NCBI GenBank assembly: GCA_963705505.1
Contig: CAVPJU010000010.1
Location: 352,001-416,000 of the forward strand
Source: an uncultured bacterium
GTDB taxonomy: Bacteria > Desulfobacterota_D > UBA1144 > Nemesobacterales > UBA2774
DNA length: 64,000 nucleotides
Direction of reading: 5' to 3'
In this document: positions 58,843 through 64,000 of the stretch, piece after piece
Layout: each line of letters opens with the position of its first letter
Numbering within the stretch: the first letter of the stretch is position 1
Translations under genes and position numbers: made by a program
The notes under the pieces: generated by a model
Told to the model about the DNA's origin: nothing
Seen by the model: only the letters and a program-made list of their open reading frames with translations
The model's database searches: none

Positions 58843-60366
58843 ATGGCGTCAGATATTAAAACCCCTCCTCTAACTATAATAGGTATCGATGCAGGCGACC
58901 CCGGATTCATAGAAGAGTGGGCCGGGCAAGGTCATCTGCCGATTATTTCCTCCATCATGAAAAACGGGTTCTGGGGAAAAACAGCGGGACCGGAGCTGGT
59001 CACCGAGCACGGAGTATGGATCTCGCTTTTGAGCGGCATCTCCCGGGGCGGGCACGGGTACTATTATTTCAGGCAGCTAAAGCCCGGATCATACGAGCTG
59101 GAATCGGTTACGGGACTCGACATAGACGCTCCGCCGTTCTGGTCATATCTGATCGGCACGAATAAGAAATCTCTTATTATCGACGCCGCCGACACACGTC
59201 TTTATAGGGGGCTGCCCGGAATCCAGGTTGCAAACTGGGCGACTCACCACAATTGGGACCCTTACCATTTTGCTACGGGCTCCGAGCCGCCTGAAATCAT
59301 CGGCGAAATAAGCAGGCTATTCGGGCCCAAGCTTTTAACCATAGAGAACCACGGCAGCACCTTTGAAGAAGATAAAGCGATATACAAAAAGTTATTGGAA
59401 AATGTCAGGAAAAAAGGCGAAATGTGCCGTTACCTCCTCAGGCGGGACAGATTCGACCTCTCCTTAATTATTTTTGCCGAGTCGCATGCGGCGAACCACC
59501 AATTCTGGAAATATCATCCGAAAAACCGAGGGAAAGGCGAAGGAGATTGCGAGCTCACATACGCCATAAGAGATATATACGAGGCCATCGATGCCGAAAT
59601 CGGACGTATAATGGAACTATTCGATAACCCTAATATTTGCATCGTGTCTTCAGTCGGCATGGAAGACGATTACCCGAATGCGGCCCTTGGTGAGGCGTTT
59701 TGCAGAGAACTCGGATATCAGGCCTCGCCCGGACCTGACGGAATATCGCTAAGGCCTATAGATATTGCGCGCAGACTGCTCCCGGAGTCCCTGCGTATTG
59801 CGCTCAGCAAGCGTATGCCGAGGGAAAAGAGAGAGCAACTGGTTTCCGACAGGTTCAGGAGCGGCACGGACTGGAGCCGGACGACCGCATTTTCAATGCC
59901 TGTCTCATATACAAGCTTCATACGCGTTAACCTCAGGGGACGGGAGCCCGAGGGCATTGTTGAACCCGGGGATGAATATCATGCCCTCATCGACAGGATC
60001 GGGGACGAACTAAAAAGGCTGATCGACCCCGTAACAGGAGAGCCGGCAGTGGTCTCCGTTAACAAAACGGTCGAGATCTTTAAGTGCGGCCCTCACAGAC
60101 ATCTCCCGGATATCTTCGTCGAATGGAAGCCAGGAAGCTTCATGGAGCGGGTACTGCACCCCGAAGCCGAGCTAACGCAAAAAAAACCCGAATTCTTCAG
60201 AAGGAGCGACCATTCGTCGTACGGTTTTTTCGCTCTTGCCGGGCCGTCCGTAAGAACCGGGGGGAAAATCGACAATATCGAAGTACTGGACATTGCCCCG
60301 ACTTTCCTGTCACTTTTGGGAGAACCCGTTCCCGGCTTAATGACCGGCCGCGAACTCATCCTCTAG
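58843..60366 (+). CDS. Alkaline phosphatase superfamily / nucleotide pyrophosphatase-phosphodiesterase-like protein
   Basis: IIGIDAGD, W.S..SG, RVNLRGREPEG, DH, DIAPTFL..LG. Confidence 0.85.
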   Translation: MASDIKTPPLTIIGIDAGDPGFIEEWAGQGHLPIISSIMKNGFWGKTAGPELVTEHGVWISLLSGISRGGHGYYYFRQLKPGSYELESVTGLDIDAPPFWSYLIGTNKKSLIIDAADTRLYRGLPGIQVANWATHHNWDPYHFATGSEPPEIIGEISRLFGPKLLTIENHGSTFEEDKAIYKKLLENVRKKGEMCRYLLRRDRFDLSLIIFAESHAANHQFWKYHPKNRGKGEGDCELTYAIRDIYEAIDAEIGRIMELFDNPNICIVSSVGMEDDYPNAALGEAFCRELGYQASPGPDGISLRPIDIARRLLPESLRIALSKRMPREKREQLVSDRFRSGTDWSRTTAFSMPVSYTSFIRVNLRGREPEGIVEPGDEYHALIDRIGDELKRLIDPVTGEPAVVSVNKTVEIFKCGPHRHLPDIFVEWKPGSFMERVLHPEAELTQKKPEFFRRSDHSSYGFFALAGPSVRTGGKIDNIEVLDIAPTFLSLLGEPVPGLMTGRELIL

Positions 60367-60511
60367 CCGGATTATTATATTTACATACGGCCGGTTGCGT
60401 TAATCCGAAACAAGGTGTTAGTCTATGTTAGAAATGCGGGCATAAATCAGCAGGTACAGATGCGGACATCCATGTTCAGAGAAAGTTTCAAATGCCGTTC
60501 TTAAACCCTTG

Positions 60512-61999
60512 ATGATTGACGAAAAAACGGAACCCAAACATTCTACAGGCGCACGTCACATGCTCGACGGGACGATCCGCGTGTTCCTCTCGGAATCGCT
60601 CCTGATACCGACGGGACTTATTACCACCATATTCCTCACGCGCATTCTGGGACCCGAGAGCTACGGAATTTACGGCCTGGCAGTAGGCATAGTGCTCTGG
60701 ATCGAATACAGCGTCTGCAATATGTTCGGCGGAACGAGCATAAAGTTCATAGGAGAAACAGACGACTGGGAGCCTATCGCGACGACTGTGCTCAAATTGT
60801 ATTTGATAGTCAGCGCTGCGGCAGTGATAGCGTTGTGGCTGGTATCCGGAGAAATAGCGAAACTACTGAATGCCCCGAAATTGGGGTCGTACCTCTCACT
60901 GCTGGCGATAGACATACCGATTTTTGTTCTTTCTACCGCGCACCGGCACATACTCGTAGGGTTAGGAAAATTCAGGGCGAGAGCCCTGACAAGCGCCGTG
61001 CGCTGGTTAAGCAGACTGGTTCTGATCGTGGTACTTGTCGAGATCGGGCTTTCGGTCGAAGGCGCCATACTGGGAATAATAGCCTCGTCGCTCCTCGAAT
61101 TGATAATAGTCCGCTCATACATCCGCCCTCCTATATTCAAGCATTCCGATTTTGATACACGGAAGCTGTGGGGCTTTGTAGCTCCTCTATTCTTATTTTC
61201 GATAAGCATGAGACTCTACGACAAGCTGGATTTGCTGCTTTTAAAAGGTCTGGGAGGCACGGCGGAGCAGGCGGGTATTTATGTCGCGGCACAGAATTTA
61301 TCTATCGTTCCGGGTCTTTTCGCACTTTCATTCTCTCCTCTGCTGCTGGCGACAATAAGCAGGACCATCAGTTCCGGCAATAAGGCGTCGGTCGCGCATC
61401 TGGTAGAGACGTCGTACCGGATTGTGATCTTGTTTTTACCCTTCGCCGCTATGACGGCGGGCTGTTCGAATGAAGTCGTCAAGCTTATACTAGGACCCGA
61501 ATATGAAGGATCGGCCCCGCTCCTGTCGCTTCTTATCTTCGGTTCAATAGCCACGATTTTCATATCGGTAAACTACGCAGTACTCACTGCAAGCGGTAAA
61601 CCGGGATTGCCGTTCTTGCTCGCGGGTCCGATCGTACCCTTATCCATTCTCGCTTATTTCTTCGTGATTCCGAAGTTCGGAATGATCGGGGCATCTTTCG
61701 TTTATACGTCTTTTGCGTGGCTCGGGGCTGTCGTAACTATCACCGCGGTTTATTATCTCTGGCAAACTTACCCCCCGGGAAAAACTATCTTATGGAGTGT
61801 CTTAATCTCGGTAGCTGCGTATATCGCCGCTCAGATGTGGAGCACCCCCGGGTTATTGGTTATCGTTAAAGTGTGCGTAATAACCTTAATTATTTTAGTC
61901 TGTTATTTCATAACAAACGCAGTTAAAATAAGCGAGATTCGGCTCCTCAGCTCGGGATTGATAAGCCGCGACGTTATAACAAAAAATACGGAAACGTGA
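60512..61999 (+). CDS. Polysaccharide flippase (Wzx / MOP family)
   Basis: LTRILGPESYGIY, KLDLLLL, AGIYVAA, LILGPEY, PKFGMIGAS; many TM helices. Confidence 0.9.
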   Translation: MIDEKTEPKHSTGARHMLDGTIRVFLSESLLIPTGLITTIFLTRILGPESYGIYGLAVGIVLWIEYSVCNMFGGTSIKFIGETDDWEPIATTVLKLYLIVSAAAVIALWLVSGEIAKLLNAPKLGSYLSLLAIDIPIFVLSTAHRHILVGLGKFRARALTSAVRWLSRLVLIVVLVEIGLSVEGAILGIIASSLLELIIVRSYIRPPIFKHSDFDTRKLWGFVAPLFLFSISMRLYDKLDLLLLKGLGGTAEQAGIYVAAQNLSIVPGLFALSFSPLLLATISRTISSGNKASVAHLVETSYRIVILFLPFAAMTAGCSNEVVKLILGPEYEGSAPLLSLLIFGSIATIFISVNYAVLTASGKPGLPFLLAGPIVPLSILAYFFVIPKFGMIGASFVYTSFAWLGAVVTITAVYYLWQTYPPGKTILWSVLISVAAYIAAQMWSTPGLLVIVKVCVITLIILVCYFITNAVKISEIRLLSSGLISRDVITKNTET

Positions 62000-62180
62000 T
62001 CGTGAAGAAAACGTGAGATGTTTTATGGTGAGCATCAAGCATTACCAGCAAACGAATATGATACTCGTGCCGGATGATAGAGCCGTTCGGAGCCGGGCAA
62101 GCAATTTAAAATCCTATGATTATCAATAGGGTCCTTCTCCATTGGTCTTCATGGCTTACACCCCTTTCTAACAATGATTT

Positions 62181-63068
62181 ATGATGAGCAACGATAAACC
62201 GGTGTTTTCAATTATCATACCCACCTACGGAAGACCCAGGCAGTTAAGAGAGTGCCTTGACTCGATTACCGGTCTCGAGTATCCCAAAGATAATTTTGAA
62301 GTGATCGTGATAGATGACGGCAGCAAAACCTCGCTCGGAGACATCGTCGGGGCATTTCAGAAAAAGATCAACGTGAAACTTTTCAGGCAGGATAATGCGG
62401 GGCCGGCGACCGCGAGAAACAGAGGCGCAGAGGAATCGAGCGGCAAATACCTCGCATTTACCGACGATGACTGCAAACCCTCGCCCGACTGGCTCCGGAG
62501 ACTGGAAGAGCTGCTAAACAAGAATCCGGGACTTCTAGTCGCAGGACGGACAGTCAATGATTTACCGGACAACTCCTATTCGACGGCGAGCCAGCTGATT
62601 GCCGATTTCCTTTGTTCCTACTATAACAAAAGGGAGGCCAGGTTTTTAACTTCGAACAACATGGCGCTCTCCAAAGAGCAATTTCTTAAAGTCGGGGGAT
62701 TCGATATAACGTTTCCGCTTGCCGCTGCCGAGGACAGGGAGTTCTGCGACAGGTACCTCTATTGCGGATATAAAACGGTTTATTCCCCGGAAGCTATAGT
62801 GCGCCACGCCCACCCGCTTACTTTAGGTAAATTCTTCAGACAGCATTTTAATTACGGCCAGGGCGCACATAAGTTCCACAATATTCGGGCGAGCCGCAGC
62901 CTGAACGTAATGAAGATTGAACCCATTAATTTTTACACCGGGTTGATACTTTATCCCCGGAAGACTTCATGCCGTTATAAGACCTTGCTCTCTTTGTTAA
63001 TAGCACTATCCCAAGCTGCAAACGCTTCGGGATATTTACTGGCAAAAATAAGCCCGTATATTAAATAA
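62181..63068 (+). CDS. Glycosyltransferase family 2
   Basis: IIPTYGR, VIDDGS, GPATARN, FTDDDC, AAEDREFC. Confidence 0.93.
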   Translation: MMSNDKPVFSIIIPTYGRPRQLRECLDSITGLEYPKDNFEVIVIDDGSKTSLGDIVGAFQKKINVKLFRQDNAGPATARNRGAEESSGKYLAFTDDDCKPSPDWLRRLEELLNKNPGLLVAGRTVNDLPDNSYSTASQLIADFLCSYYNKREARFLTSNNMALSKEQFLKVGGFDITFPLAAAEDREFCDRYLYCGYKTVYSPEAIVRHAHPLTLGKFFRQHFNYGQGAHKFHNIRASRSLNVMKIEPINFYTGLILYPRKTSCRYKTLLSLLIALSQAANASGYLLAKISPYIK

Positions 63069-63165
63069 ACCGAACGACAGCCCGATTGCACTCATGCTAA
63101 ATCAGTTACATCTCCATAATATTAAATATTCGAGAATCGACCCGAATCCGCTCCTAGTCAAGAAA

Positions 63166-63203
63166 GCCGCCCTTTCCCCCGGGTTAATGGGGAAAAGAGC
63201 GGC
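63166..63203. terminator. Hairpin between convergent GT2 and csbD genes
   Basis: GCCGCCCTTTCCCC...GGGGAAAAGAGCGGC imperfect stem. Confidence 0.55.
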
Positions 63204-63248
63204 CAGAGGTATGGGGTAAATAGGTCAGAAAACACAACTCAAACCAGC

Positions 63249-63446
63249 TCAATGGTTTTTAGACCAGTTATCGGCAGCCTTTTGAGCCTGCTCTTTCGTG
63301 TACCCGTATCTCTCCTGTAACTTTCCTACGAGCTGATCGCGTTTGCCGTTTATGACATCGAGATCATCGTCCGTCAGCTTTCCCCATTTTTCCTTCGCCT
63401 TTCCCTTAAGCTGCATCCAGTTACCTTGTACTTGGTCCCAGTTCAT
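63249..63446 (-). CDS. csbD: CsbD/YjbJ family stress protein
   Basis: MNWDQVQGNW.QLKGKAKEKWGKLTDDDL..I.GKRDQLVGKLQERYG; GGAGGTG RBS. Confidence 0.93.
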   Translation of the reverse strand: MNWDQVQGNWMQLKGKAKEKWGKLTDDDLDVINGKRDQLVGKLQERYGYTKEQAQKAADNWSKNH

Positions 63447-63484
63447 TTATATCACCTCCCATTTTCTTCGATGTCGATTGTTAT

Positions 63485-63718
63485 TTATTGCATTACCCCG
63501 CGTCGTCCGAGAATCAGAGAGATTACAAAAAGCACGAAGAAAACCAGTAATAGAATTTTTGCTGTCCAAGCCGCAGCAGCTCCAATTCCAGTGAATCCCA
63601 GCACTACGAGAATCAGCGTAATCATCAGAAAAGTGAATGCCAACAACGCGATTATCAGGAAAGTAACCGATAACCCGAATACTACTGCGACATCCCTGAT
63701 GGTAATTGCTTTCTTCAT
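63485..63718 (-). CDS. DUF1328 (UPF0391) small membrane protein
   Basis: LGFTGIGAAAA..AKILL..FFVLFVISLI.GRR; start codon uncertain. Confidence 0.75.
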   Translation of the reverse strand: MKKAITIRDVAVVFGLSVTFLIIALLAFTFLMITLILVVLGFTGIGAAAAWTAKILLLVFFVLFVISLILGRRGVMQ

Positions 63719-63731
63719 GTCAATCATAAGG

Positions 63732-63747
63732 GCAACATGCGTGCCAA
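63732..63747 (-). promoter_or_regulatory. Sigma54 (-24/-12) promoter
   Basis: Minus strand reads TTGGCACGCATGTTGC, matching TGGCAC-N5-TTGC, upstream of DUF1328-csbD. Confidence 0.75.
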
Positions 63748-64000
63748 CTTTCGGGAGATGAAGATAATTTTTAAAATTCAGAGTGAGTTATAATCCATTT
63801 TAATATCTATGATGTGACAGGAATTAACCCGGATTGTTCCATTCCAGACAGTGTTTATTGGAGATTCTCAAACAACGTCGACAAAATTGACTTTAGTTCG
63901 ATAGTCGTTCGAGGGAATAATTCAGATACCGAATTATGGTATATAAAATGAGTAACGGGTTACCTCTCACGGTGCATGCAAGAGCGGTGGATTTTCGAAT

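Overview
A 64 kb bacterial chromosomal window of moderate GC. Gene content (IPTL-CTERM sorting tails, pilD-HK-sigma54 RR, CDC48) suggests a Thermodesulfobacteriota / Ca. Dadabacteria-like organism; this is inference only. The left two-thirds holds housekeeping and envelope genes: an RND pump with an SBP-TolC fusion, an NDH-2-cNMP-CBS fusion, recF, CDC48, pilD, a two-component system, HemY-type oxidase and minCDE. A minus-strand operon (fabF, HAD phosphatase, class III aminotransferase, Cys-nucleophile alpha/beta hydrolase, DUF347) is preceded by a signal-bearing upstream ORF ending in an RSPP arrest-like motif. The codons of that motif can base-pair with the fabF Shine-Dalgarno, making this the best candidate for an undescribed regulatory system. 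tRNA-Thr(CGT) at 45711-45785 is followed by two tandem integrase-free islands bounded by repeats of its 3' half. Their cargo is a TauD-ACP-GNAT trio, and DUF1003, a broken RNase II-family gene, IPTL-CTERM minigenes and a USP. A surface-glycan locus and a sigma54-preceded DUF1328/csbD pair end the window. No CRISPR array, rRNA or intact transposase/integrase was seen. All calls come from motif recognition by eye, not database searches.
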